Source of the DNA: an uncultured Candidatus Saccharibacteria bacterium
GTDB taxonomy: Bacteria > Patescibacteriota > Dojkabacteria > J137
DNA: 64,000 nt
Direction: 5' to 3'
NCBI GenBank assembly: GCA_964414295.1
Contig: CAYPVU010000010.1
Location: 6,937 to 70,936, forward strand
How positions within the stretch are numbered: position 1 is the stretch's first letter; the number at the start of each line of letters is the position of its first letter. The position numbers and the translations under genes are program-made. This document shows, piece by piece, positions 1-8,864 of this stretch. The notes below the pieces were generated by a model. That model was not told the DNA's origin. It saw only the letters and a list, made by a program, of their open reading frames with translations, and did no database searches.

Positions 1-1
1 A

Positions 2-862
2 ATGACAGGAACTAGATTAGAAGTGGACGCACATATTATATCTGCTCCTACTACAGCAATTCATAATTTGCAAAAATGCATTCAAAGTATAGGCTTAAGA
101 ATTGATGGTATTGTATTTAGTGGATGGGCTTCTGCTCAATCGGTTCTTACGCAAACTGAAAAAGAATTAGGCGTTTTACTATTAGATTTTGGAGGTGGTA
201 CAGTTTCTATTACTACATTTGTAGAAGACGCAATCACTTATTCTACATCTATTCCATTTGGAGGAAGTAATATAACAAGGGACTTAGCAGCAGGATTAAG
301 GCTATCTTTAGATGATGCAGAAAAAGTAAAGATAAGAGCAGATGAAATCTTTAAAAACTCTGAATCCATTTCGTCTAAAGAGAAAGATGAGGATGATGAT
401 AAGCCAAGAAAGACAGATATATTAGATGTAACTCAATTAGATATTGAAGGAGTAAAGACTATTTCTAGAAAATTATTTACTGATATTATTGGTGCAAGAG
501 TAGAGGAGATCTTTGATCTTGTAAAAGCAAATATTGAACAATCCGGAAACGACTATAAGTTACCAGCAGGTATTGTAATTACTGGAGGTAGTTCATTAGT
601 TCCTGAAATTACTTCAATTGCTAAAAAATCATTTGGTGTTCCTGCAAGAATCGGTACACCTAAGGGCTTGGAAGGTTTAGTTGATGGTATTGCATCTCCA
701 GCTTATGCAGCAGCTCAGGGTTTAATAATGTATGCACTAGGAGATGAGGTTTACAGGGGTGATAGCAAGTTCTCTGCGGGAGGTCCTGCAAAGAAAAAAG
801 GAAGCTCTCAATCAGGTTTATTGGGCAAATTAGGAGGATTATTCAAAAATATACTTCCTTGA
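2..862 (+). CDS. ftsA: Cell division protein FtsA (5'-truncated by window edge)
   Basis: Actin-fold motifs LLDFGGGT and GIVITGG, C-terminal amphipathic helix (GLLGKLGGLFKNILP), directly upstream of ftsZ. Confidence 0.95.
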   Translation: MTGTRLEVDAHIISAPTTAIHNLQKCIQSIGLRIDGIVFSGWASAQSVLTQTEKELGVLLLDFGGGTVSITTFVEDAITYSTSIPFGGSNITRDLAAGLRLSLDDAEKVKIRADEIFKNSESISSKEKDEDDDKPRKTDILDVTQLDIEGVKTISRKLFTDIIGARVEEIFDLVKANIEQSGNDYKLPAGIVITGGSSLVPEITSIAKKSFGVPARIGTPKGLEGLVDGIASPAYAAAQGLIMYALGDEVYRGDSKFSAGGPAKKKGSSQSGLLGKLGGLFKNILP

Positions 863-1045
863 AAGAGTATAAGATTTATACAAGCTTTTGAATTGGTCCA
901 GCTGATAACATAATATACTAAATCTTAAAGTCCGAAAGACGTGTAATTTGTTTAAACAATATTTGCGTTGAAATTTAGGATCTGCTTGAAAATTTAGAAC
1001 TATTAGCATAGTATATAAATACGAATTAATTTTTAGACATGATGT

Positions 1046-2218
1046 ATGTTAGTAAAACCTCAGGCTGCGCTTTCAGCTAAAATCAAAGTTGTTGGAGTAG
1101 GAGGCGGCGGTGGCAATGCTCTAAATACAATGATTAATGAATACAATATTCAAGATGTAGAATTTATTGCAATTAATACTGATGCACAAGCATTAATGAA
1201 CTCTAAGGCTGATATTAAATTAAGAATCGGTGAACAAATTACTAGAGGATTAGGAAGCGGTGGAAATCCAATTATAGGAAGAAAAGCCGCAGAAGAAAGT
1301 GTAGATTTAATACACGAAAATTTAGCAGGATCTGATATGGTTTTTGTAACTGCGGGTATGGGCGGAGGAACAGGTACAGGTGCTTCTCCAATTGTTGCAG
1401 GTATTTCAAAAAACTTAGGAGCATTAACTGTTGGAGTAGTAACCAAACCCTTTCATTTTGAAATGAAAAGAAGAATGGACTCTGCCTTAAAAGGTATTGA
1501 GGAATTAAGAGAAAAGGTAGATACATTAATTATTGTTCCTAATCAAAGACTTTTAGAAACAATGGATAAGAATGTTCCATTCTTGGAAGCTATGAAAAAA
1601 GCTGATGACATTCTTGCACAAGCTGTTAAAAGCATTGCGAACTTAATTACTCAAACAGGATTAATTAATGTAGACTTTGCTGACGTAAGAAGTGTTATGG
1701 ATAATGGAGGAACTGCGTTAATGGGTATTGGATCTGCAACCGGAGAAAATAGAGCAATGGAAGCATCTAAAATGGCTATAGAAAGTCCACTTTTAGAAGT
1801 TTCAATTGATGGAGCAAAAGGTGTTCTATTTAATGTTGTAGGTGGTCGAGACTTATCTATGACTGAAATTAGTGAAGCTGCTGAAGTTGTTAAAGAAAAA
1901 ATTAATCCAGATGCTATATTTATTTTCGGAGCAAGTATTGATCCAGCTTATGAAGATAAATTTGAAGTTACTGTACTAGCTACAGGATTTGAATCAGACT
2001 ACATTAATTCTGAATTAATGAATATGGGTATGAATCCCGTTAATTCAATGACTTCTAGATCTCAGCAACCACAAAAACCAGCAGAGAATAGAGGTGGAAT
2101 GTCAGGCGGAATTCTTGGTAGCCTATCTAAACCTAAATCCTCGCAAGGCACTGATGAAGAAGATTTAGATTCATTACCTTCTTTCTTAAGAAGAAGAAAT
2201 CCAAATAACGAGGATTAA
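1046..2218 (+). CDS. ftsZ: Cell division protein FtsZ
   Basis: Tubulin signature GMGGGTGTG, N-terminal VVGVGGGG, INVDFADV loop, C-terminal core peptide DSLPSFLRR. Confidence 0.99.
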   Translation: MLVKPQAALSAKIKVVGVGGGGGNALNTMINEYNIQDVEFIAINTDAQALMNSKADIKLRIGEQITRGLGSGGNPIIGRKAAEESVDLIHENLAGSDMVFVTAGMGGGTGTGASPIVAGISKNLGALTVGVVTKPFHFEMKRRMDSALKGIEELREKVDTLIIVPNQRLLETMDKNVPFLEAMKKADDILAQAVKSIANLITQTGLINVDFADVRSVMDNGGTALMGIGSATGENRAMEASKMAIESPLLEVSIDGAKGVLFNVVGGRDLSMTEISEAAEVVKEKINPDAIFIFGASIDPAYEDKFEVTVLATGFESDYINSELMNMGMNPVNSMTSRSQQPQKPAENRGGMSGGILGSLSKPKSSQGTDEEDLDSLPSFLRRRNPNNED

Positions 2219-2220
2219 TA

Positions 2221-2658
2221 ATGTCTGCTAAAAGATTTACATTTCTAGCTGCTGTACATTTATTTCTGTTAAAAGACAACAGAATATTACTTTTGCGTAG
2301 ATTTAATACTGGTTATGAAGATGGTAATTATAGTGTAGTTGCGGGCCATTTAGATGGTAATGAAAGTGTTTTTACAGGAATGATAAGAGAGGCTAGGGAA
2401 GAAGCAGCCATTACTATTAAAAAGGAAGACCTTGAAGTTGTTCACGTAATGCATAGAAAATCTACGGATAATGAGCGTATAGATTTTTTCTTAGCGTGTA
2501 GAGCGTGGGAAGGTGATATTAAAAATTTAGAAAAAGATAAATGCGATGACTTATCGTGGTTTAACATAGATCAGCTTCCAGTAAATACAATCCCTTATAT
2601 TAAATTTGCTATAGAAAACTATAAGAACAGGGTTAACTTTTCTGAATTTAATATTTAA
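2221..2658 (+). CDS. NUDIX hydrolase
   Basis: Nudix box GHLDGNESVFTGMIREAREEA. Confidence 0.9.
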   Translation: MSAKRFTFLAAVHLFLLKDNRILLLRRFNTGYEDGNYSVVAGHLDGNESVFTGMIREAREEAAITIKKEDLEVVHVMHRKSTDNERIDFFLACRAWEGDIKNLEKDKCDDLSWFNIDQLPVNTIPYIKFAIENYKNRVNFSEFNI

Positions 2659-3518
2659 ACAGGTCTTGCTACAGCAACGTATCTATTTTCGTTACTGCCA
2701 AGCGGAAAGCATGTTACCAAAGTCAATGTTTGTCTGCCCTTAGTTCCTGTAATTACAGAAGTATCGGTTGGTTTTACAATCTTGCTGCTGCTCATTTTAT
2801 ATTTATATTCTTTCCCTTCCATCTCAATTATAATTTCGTCACCTACCTTTAGGTCAGGTAAAAATGAGAATGCTACTTGAGGATCTTTTGGGCTAGGATT
2901 ATAGTTAGGACTTGCGCTATGTCCATAAACTAGCATGTTATTTTTTATATTAGATATTGGTAATCCTGTGCTTTTAAAATGAGCTAATTTTGTTAAAAGT
3001 ACTTGGTTATATACTTCTTCGGTAGTGCTGTCTACATTAGATTCTACAGGTAGTCTTTCAATTCCAATTGAAGGAATTGTTAAATAAAAAGTACCTTGGT
3101 AGTTTAAACTAGTAGAATCTTCTTCTAGTGTATGTTCATTTAATGCCTGAATAGTTAACTCTTTGAATCCTTGTGGTTTAGAAATATAGCTGGCAAGATC
3201 TAAGTATTGATCAGAAACTGGTGAAACATTGCCTTGAGAAAGATATCCGGCTGAACTTTGAATTGCAGCCTGTATGTCTGGAAAGAATTCCTTATATATG
3301 AATACTCCTCCAATAGCAATAAAGGCTATAGGTACTATTAAGTTTGCAATAGAAGATTTTTTTGTTAGCCCAAAAATATCTTCGTAAATACCTCTAGGTA
3401 TAGCCATGGCTTTAGTGATTATACTTTCCTTTTGTCTGTAGTCTCTAATTACAAACTCTTCGTTGCTGCTTTGAAATTTGCTAGGCGTTTTTGTTTTTTG
3501 GTATTTATAAAGTGCCAT
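2655..3518 (-). CDS. Sortase-family transpeptidase (class D/E-like)
   Basis: One N-terminal TM helix; LTIPSIGI, catalytic His (YGHS), TLVTC Cys and downstream Arg (NRYVAVA). Confidence 0.9.
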   Translation of the reverse strand: MALYKYQKTKTPSKFQSSNEEFVIRDYRQKESIITKAMAIPRGIYEDIFGLTKKSSIANLIVPIAFIAIGGVFIYKEFFPDIQAAIQSSAGYLSQGNVSPVSDQYLDLASYISKPQGFKELTIQALNEHTLEEDSTSLNYQGTFYLTIPSIGIERLPVESNVDSTTEEVYNQVLLTKLAHFKSTGLPISNIKNNMLVYGHSASPNYNPSPKDPQVAFSFLPDLKVGDEIIIEMEGKEYKYKMSSSKIVKPTDTSVITGTKGRQTLTLVTCFPLGSNENRYVAVARPV

Positions 3519-3621
3519 TTATTAATTCAGCCGATGTTCCACTAATAAAATTTTGAAATTGGTGTTAAAATAGAGAGCAAAAAATTGCCCCTATAAATAT
3601 AATATTTGTTAGCTAGTGCTA

Positions 3622-4899
3622 ATGTCAATAATTTCAGAAGATAAACAAAAAGTAAGAAACCTGGTAGAGCAGGGTAAAAAACAGGGATACCTTACACATG
3701 ACGACATTTTAGACGTTTTTCCAGAGGTTGAAGATAATTTAAATTTATTAGAATACATAATAACAAGCCTTCAAGATGCTGACATTGAATTAATTGAACC
3801 TTTAGAAGATGCTGAGTATAAATACATGGCTGGAGCAGCAAGTAAAATGTCTTTTGAAGAAAAGATTAGAATTTTAAAGCAAATAAAATCTCATGTAAGT
3901 ACTGATCCGATTAGAGCATACCTACAAGAAATCGGTAAAATTCCATTACTAAGTGCAGAAGAGGAAGTTATTTTAGCTAAAAGAATAGAGGATGCAGAAG
4001 CTGAATTCTTAAAGGTTATTCCAGAAATTGCTGAAAAAAACATTGATCCAATATACGAAAAGGCAGCAAAAATAATCTCTAAAGGTACAAAAAAGAATCC
4101 AAGTATAGAAGCATCTAAAAAAAGAATTATTGAAAAAGATAAAAGATTCTTAAATGAAAAAATGAAGCTTGGAGTAGAAGCTAAGCATTTATTAACTACC
4201 GCTAACTTAAGACTTGTAGTTTCTATTGCAAAAAACTATCTAAAAAGAGGTTTAGACTTATTAGACTTAATCCAGGAGGGTAATTTAGGTTTAATGAGAG
4301 CAGTAGATAAGTTTGAATACAGAAAAGGATTTAAATTTTCTACTTATGCTACCTGGTGGATTAGACAGGCTATTACAAGAGCAATTGCTGATCAGGCAAG
4401 AACAATCAGAGTGCCTGTTCATATGATTGAAACTATTAATAAGTTAAGTAAAGTTTCTTCTCAGTTAGCTGCAAAATTAGGTAGAAAACCTACCCCAAAA
4501 GAAATTGCAGATGAGATGGGATTATCAATACAAAAAGTTAATGAAATTATTAAAATTGCTCAAAAGCCTCAATCTTTAGAAGCACCTATTGGTGATGAAT
4601 CAGATGCAAGTTCATTAAGTGATATTATTGCAGATGAATACACTGCATCACCTCAGGAATTAGCAACATGGTCATATTTAAAGAAGCAAATCAATGAGAT
4701 TTTAGGAAACTTATCAGACCGAGAAAGAAAAGTATTGGAATTAAGATTTGGATTAAGAGATGGAGTAGCTAGAACACTAGAAGAAGTAGGACATGAATTT
4801 AATGTAACAAGAGAAAGAATTAGACAAATTGAAGCTAAAGCTTTAAGAAGAATTAAAAGTGACGAAATTGCTCAGGCATTAAGAGATTATTTAAACTAA
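3622..4899 (+). CDS. rpoD: RNA polymerase primary sigma factor sigma70
   Basis: Region 1.1 (GKKQGYLTHDDI), DPIRAYLQEIG, NLRLVVSIAK, FSTYATWWIRQAITR, TLEEVG..VTRERIRQIE; ATG at 3622 preferred over GTG at 3616. Confidence 0.97.
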   Translation: MSIISEDKQKVRNLVEQGKKQGYLTHDDILDVFPEVEDNLNLLEYIITSLQDADIELIEPLEDAEYKYMAGAASKMSFEEKIRILKQIKSHVSTDPIRAYLQEIGKIPLLSAEEEVILAKRIEDAEAEFLKVIPEIAEKNIDPIYEKAAKIISKGTKKNPSIEASKKRIIEKDKRFLNEKMKLGVEAKHLLTTANLRLVVSIAKNYLKRGLDLLDLIQEGNLGLMRAVDKFEYRKGFKFSTYATWWIRQAITRAIADQARTIRVPVHMIETINKLSKVSSQLAAKLGRKPTPKEIADEMGLSIQKVNEIIKIAQKPQSLEAPIGDESDASSLSDIIADEYTASPQELATWSYLKKQINEILGNLSDRERKVLELRFGLRDGVARTLEEVGHEFNVTRERIRQIEAKALRRIKSDEIAQALRDYLN

Positions 4900-4907
4900 G
4901 AGTATAT

Positions 4908-4943
4908 AGTGGTAGACTAAATAGGAATATTTAGTTTACCACT
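4908..4943 (+). promoter_or_regulatory. 15-16 bp hairpin/inverted repeat with GGAA loop between rpoD and the HEPN-MNT gene
   Basis: GTGGTAGACTAAATA-GGAA-TATTTAGTTTACCAC (one G-U pair), no U-tract. Confidence 0.5.
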
Positions 4944-4949
4944 TGTACA

Positions 4950-5804
4950 ATGTATACCGACTTACAATCTTCCAGTCAGGATAAGCAAACTTCAGAAAGA
5001 TATAGAATTTGGCTTTTGCAATCTCAATATGATTTAAAAGCTGCCGAAGAATCCATAAATGATAAGTTTTACGAATGGTCTTGCTATCAATCTGTTCAAG
5101 CTGTAGAAAAGGCTTTAAAATCTGTAATTATCCATGCCGGCTGGAGATCACCAAAGACACACAAACTTGGAGTCCTTTTAAGTATGTGTAATAGAGCAAA
5201 TGAAAGATTCAAGGAAGTTAAATTCAATTTTAGAAAAATTGAAGTTTATACATTTATTTCACGATATCCTTTTATTTATCCTGGTGAAAATAATGCTCCA
5301 CATGATTTAATAAATGAAAACGATGCTAGAACATGTTTTGATATTGCTACAAGTATGATTAGTAAAGTCGAAGAGTTCTTACAGCACAATACTCCAACTT
5401 ATCAGGATAAAGGAGAAATAGATTTAGAAAACTATTATTTCACACCAGAAGAAGTAGACCAAAGAATTCAAGGAATCATTCAAGAATTAACACTTGATTT
5501 AAAGCTAAAAGTAGAAAAGATTGTTTTATTTGGATCTTTTGCAAGAGAAAAATTGCACCCACGAACTAGTACAATGGACCTATTGATTGTTGCCCAAACA
5601 GATATTCCGTTTATTGAAAGAATTCAGTATGTAAGAGAATTAACAAAAGATGAAGAACCTATTATTGAACCCCTTGTATATACTCCTCAAGAGTTTGACT
5701 ACATGTTAAAGGATGAAAGAGAAGGGTATGTTGAAAGTGCTATAGATGAAGGTAAAGTTGTTTACGATAAGAATCTTGCACTAGACAAGCAGATTGTTAA
5801 ATAA
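4950..5804 (+). CDS. HEPN domain fused to minimal nucleotidyltransferase (MNT) domain
   Basis: N-half WLLQSQYDLKAAE..QAVEKALKS..KTHKL..SRYP (HEPN); C-half IVLFGSFAR..STMDLLIV..YTPQEF..AIDEGKVVY (MNT). Confidence 0.85.
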   Translation: MYTDLQSSSQDKQTSERYRIWLLQSQYDLKAAEESINDKFYEWSCYQSVQAVEKALKSVIIHAGWRSPKTHKLGVLLSMCNRANERFKEVKFNFRKIEVYTFISRYPFIYPGENNAPHDLINENDARTCFDIATSMISKVEEFLQHNTPTYQDKGEIDLENYYFTPEEVDQRIQGIIQELTLDLKLKVEKIVLFGSFAREKLHPRTSTMDLLIVAQTDIPFIERIQYVRELTKDEEPIIEPLVYTPQEFDYMLKDEREGYVESAIDEGKVVYDKNLALDKQIVK

Positions 5805-5826
5805 CTAATTCTAAATAAAGTTGTTG

Positions 5827-5855
5827 AAGCGGGCCTCAAAGAGGCCCGCTTTTGT
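5827..5855 (+). terminator. Rho-independent terminator
   Basis: AAGCGGGCCTC-AAA-GAGGCCCGCTT followed by T-tract. Confidence 0.85.
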
Positions 5856-6004
5856 GTTCCAATACAAGGAATTTAAAGTAATAAACTGTAAGAATTAAGT
5901 AAGAGTTTATTATTAAATTAATTGCATTACTTATTAATGCATTAATTATGAAGCCCCCATAAATAGCTTTATATAAACTTCTTATTTAAACTTTAACTTT
6001 AATT

Positions 6005-6859
6005 ATGAAATTTAATAAAAGACATTTAATCTTCTTACTTTTATTTGGTACAGCAGTTATAAATTTACCTATTATGGCTGCAGTTACTTGGACACAGAAT
6101 AATAATGATATATGGAGTGATGGACAAGTCTTGGTGAAAGCTCCTAGTAGTAGTGCAGAAGGATCTTTAAGAATATCATCTTATGCGGGAGGATGGAGTT
6201 CTGATAATCTTATTCTGTCCCTAAAGTCAAACCACGCACTTATAGAAACTTGGGGAGGTACCAAGCCGCTAGCATTACAGGTAGCAGGAGGTAGAGTTGC
6301 AATTGGTAATACTACACCTGGTGTCAAACTTGATGTTAAAGGAAACAATGCCTTAGGCAATAACCCAAACGTTGTTGCTGCATTTAGAGCTAATAATCAT
6401 GCTGGAGTTGTTATAGGAAGCTTAAATGGTAATACACCATATATTGGAGATGATCCTGGTGCAAGTTCTTCTGTAGGTTTATCCTTTTTTACCAATGGTA
6501 CAGAGAGAATGAGAATTAAAAATGATAACGGAAATATAGGAATTGGGACAACAAATCCTACTCAAAAGTTATCGGTAAATGGAACGATTTTAGCAAAAGA
6601 AGTTAGGGTTTCTACTTCCAGCAGTAGTTGGCCAGACTATGTGTTTGAGGAAGGATATATTCTAAAGTCTTTGTCGGATGTGGACGAGTACATAAAGGAG
6701 AATAAACATTTACCAAATGTCCCTAGTGCAAAAGAAGTAGAAGAGAAGGGTATTTCTTTAGGAGAAATGCAAAAAATACATATGGAAAAGATTGAAGAGT
6801 TGACGTTATATGTAATTGAACTGGAGAAACTAATTAAGGAATTAAAACCCAAATTATGA
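6005..6859 (+). CDS. Secreted tail-fibre/adhesin-like protein with C-terminal chaperone-like coiled-coil domain
   Basis: Signal peptide; two GIG-T-T-P-x-x-KL-x-V-x-G repeats; C-terminal WPDYVF..Y.LKSL..YIKENKHLPNVPSAKEV..EKIEELTLY module. Confidence 0.7.
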   Translation: MKFNKRHLIFLLLFGTAVINLPIMAAVTWTQNNNDIWSDGQVLVKAPSSSAEGSLRISSYAGGWSSDNLILSLKSNHALIETWGGTKPLALQVAGGRVAIGNTTPGVKLDVKGNNALGNNPNVVAAFRANNHAGVVIGSLNGNTPYIGDDPGASSSVGLSFFTNGTERMRIKNDNGNIGIGTTNPTQKLSVNGTILAKEVRVSTSSSSWPDYVFEEGYILKSLSDVDEYIKENKHLPNVPSAKEVEEKGISLGEMQKIHMEKIEELTLYVIELEKLIKELKPKL

Positions 6860-7449
6860 AAAGATTACTTTTTATAGGTGCTATATTTGCAATATTGATA
6901 TCAAGCACTACTCTTGGATTTCATTCCTACGCTCTTAATTCAAAATTAGAAACGTATAGAGAATTAAAAGAAAATATTAACTTAGATCTTGAGTCTTTAG
7001 GAAATTTAGAAAAAAACACTAGTAGACCTAAAAAGCTTAAGGATTTTAAAAATATTTATATTTTGTCTAAAAGAGATGTTGATCCCTACAAACATTTAGA
7101 GTTACTTATTATCCCTATGATAGATAATAAGGACTTAAGTGCTAGTGACATACTTAAGTCTTTCATAGCTAAGTATGTTACTACAGAATTCCCCTTTGAG
7201 GTTACAACAGAAAATAATGGTTCTATAGAAACTTCGTATACAAGCTTTTCGATTTTTTCTGATGGGGAGCATAGATCAGGAGAAAGATATGGCATTGTAA
7301 AAAAGAATAAAAAATACATTATTTTAATTCAAGGCTATATAAATCCCTTTGAGGGTAATAATGTATTTCAACATGAGTTTTTTAAATCGATTAGTAAAGG
7401 TATTAATTTTAATAGTAACAATAATGAAGAAGTTTTTTATAATCTTTAG
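6856..7449 (+). CDS. Hypothetical exported protein
   Basis: Signal peptide-like N-terminus; overlaps upstream stop (ATGA). Confidence 0.6.
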   Translation: MKRLLFIGAIFAILISSTTLGFHSYALNSKLETYRELKENINLDLESLGNLEKNTSRPKKLKDFKNIYILSKRDVDPYKHLELLIIPMIDNKDLSASDILKSFIAKYVTTEFPFEVTTENNGSIETSYTSFSIFSDGEHRSGERYGIVKKNKKYIILIQGYINPFEGNNVFQHEFFKSISKGINFNSNNNEEVFYNL

Positions 7450-8143
7450 CATATTGATTTGCTCACTATATCCTCAACTCAGAGTGAAAGCTGAACCTGT
7501 GTTCAGTTGGCCCTCTAATGGTTATCTAGGATGGACCTATACATATCCTAATGGTACTACAAATGGCCATAACGGAATTGATATTTGGGGCAATACTTCA
7601 GGTACATGGGGAAATGGTATAAGTCCTAATCAAGGAGATGGAAGTAGTTGGGATATTTTTCCAGTTAGTGATGGACAGATTAAATACTCGTCAACAACAG
7701 TAGCAGGTGGAGGTATAAGCATAAAACATTCTGATAATTTATACTCGTTTTATTGGCACGTTAAAGGTATTCAAGTAAACAACGATGATTGGGTAACGAG
7801 AGATTCCCTGTTGGGTCAAATGAACTACCATCCCAGTGATTCAAGCAAAATTGTTCACGTCCACCTTACGATTGCTGATTCAAACTTTGATTCCTCTGCA
7901 ATTGATCCTTCACCTTACTTTGATCAAAACTTAGATTATGGAAGTGAGGGATATAGCATAGAGTGGATGAAACCAGTTACTAGGGTAGTTAATTCAGCCA
8001 ATAATATTATATGTGGAGCTTTTGTAGTTCAAATTATTAATAAAACTATTACTGATAGTATTGATTGTAAGGCTCAAAACGAGATAATATTATCTCCAGA
8101 GACAAGAATCTTTAGTGGTAGTAGTAGATTCTATATAAACTAA
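7424..8143 (+). CDS. Secreted M23-family metallopeptidase
   Basis: HNGIDI (HxxxD), YWH and HVHL (HxH) motifs; signal peptide MKKFFIIFSILIC..KA from ATG 7424. Confidence 0.85.
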   Translation: MKKFFIIFSILICSLYPQLRVKAEPVFSWPSNGYLGWTYTYPNGTTNGHNGIDIWGNTSGTWGNGISPNQGDGSSWDIFPVSDGQIKYSSTTVAGGGISIKHSDNLYSFYWHVKGIQVNNDDWVTRDSLLGQMNYHPSDSSKIVHVHLTIADSNFDSSAIDPSPYFDQNLDYGSEGYSIEWMKPVTRVVNSANNIICGAFVVQIINKTITDSIDCKAQNEIILSPETRIFSGSSRFYIN

Positions 8144-8159
8144 TTATTAAATAATATTC

Positions 8160-8801
8160 ATGAGGAAGTTTGTTATCTTATCTGCTGGGGTTTTAGTGAT
8201 TGTAGCATCGATTACTACTTATGTACTTTTAAATAGAAATCCTGAACAAACGGATATTAATATTACAACAAGTAACAATACTTATGAATTTAGTAATTTT
8301 TTTGATCTATCATTAGATAAGAGATCGGTGAATACATTAGCAATTGAAGTACCTTCAAGATATAAAGCTAATCAACATTCAAATTATGTACTAAGTATTG
8401 AAGATGAAAATGTTCAACTAATATTAATTAATCCAGGTACAGAAGCTTTTAGCTTTTATACACTAAAAAGCAATGATGGATCTACTGTAAAGGCAAATGA
8501 CTACTTTAATGGAGATTTAATAAAATTTTTAGATAGAGGCGAATTGAAAATTTATAGTCGTGATAAAGATATCTTTAACTCTTTTATTTATCCAAATAAG
8601 TATTTCTATATAGAAGAAGCACAGTTAAGTACTAACTCTTGTTCGGAGGAATTTGGTTGTCCTGGAGCTTCAATATTAATAGAGGGAGATTATCCTCTAT
8701 ATTTACTTTGTTCTACCAATTCTGAAAATGATTCAAATAATTGTGAAGATATCTTATTAAGTCTTAAATTTAATAGAGAAAATAGAGTAGAACAGAGATA
8801 A
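8160..8801 (+). CDS. Hypothetical membrane-anchored protein
   Basis: N-terminal TM helix, four C-terminal Cys, ends EDILLSLKF. Confidence 0.6.
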   Translation: MRKFVILSAGVLVIVASITTYVLLNRNPEQTDINITTSNNTYEFSNFFDLSLDKRSVNTLAIEVPSRYKANQHSNYVLSIEDENVQLILINPGTEAFSFYTLKSNDGSTVKANDYFNGDLIKFLDRGELKIYSRDKDIFNSFIYPNKYFYIEEAQLSTNSCSEEFGCPGASILIEGDYPLYLLCSTNSENDSNNCEDILLSLKFNRENRVEQR

Positions 8802-8815
8802 AAAACATAGATAAC

Positions 8816-8843
8816 AAAAAACGGAGCCTTTTGGCTCCGTTTT
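8816..8843. terminator. Bidirectional terminator between convergent genes
   Basis: AAAAAACGGAGCC-TTTT-GGCTCCGTTTT. Confidence 0.85.
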
Positions 8844-8864
8844 AATTTAGTTATTATTCCTTTT

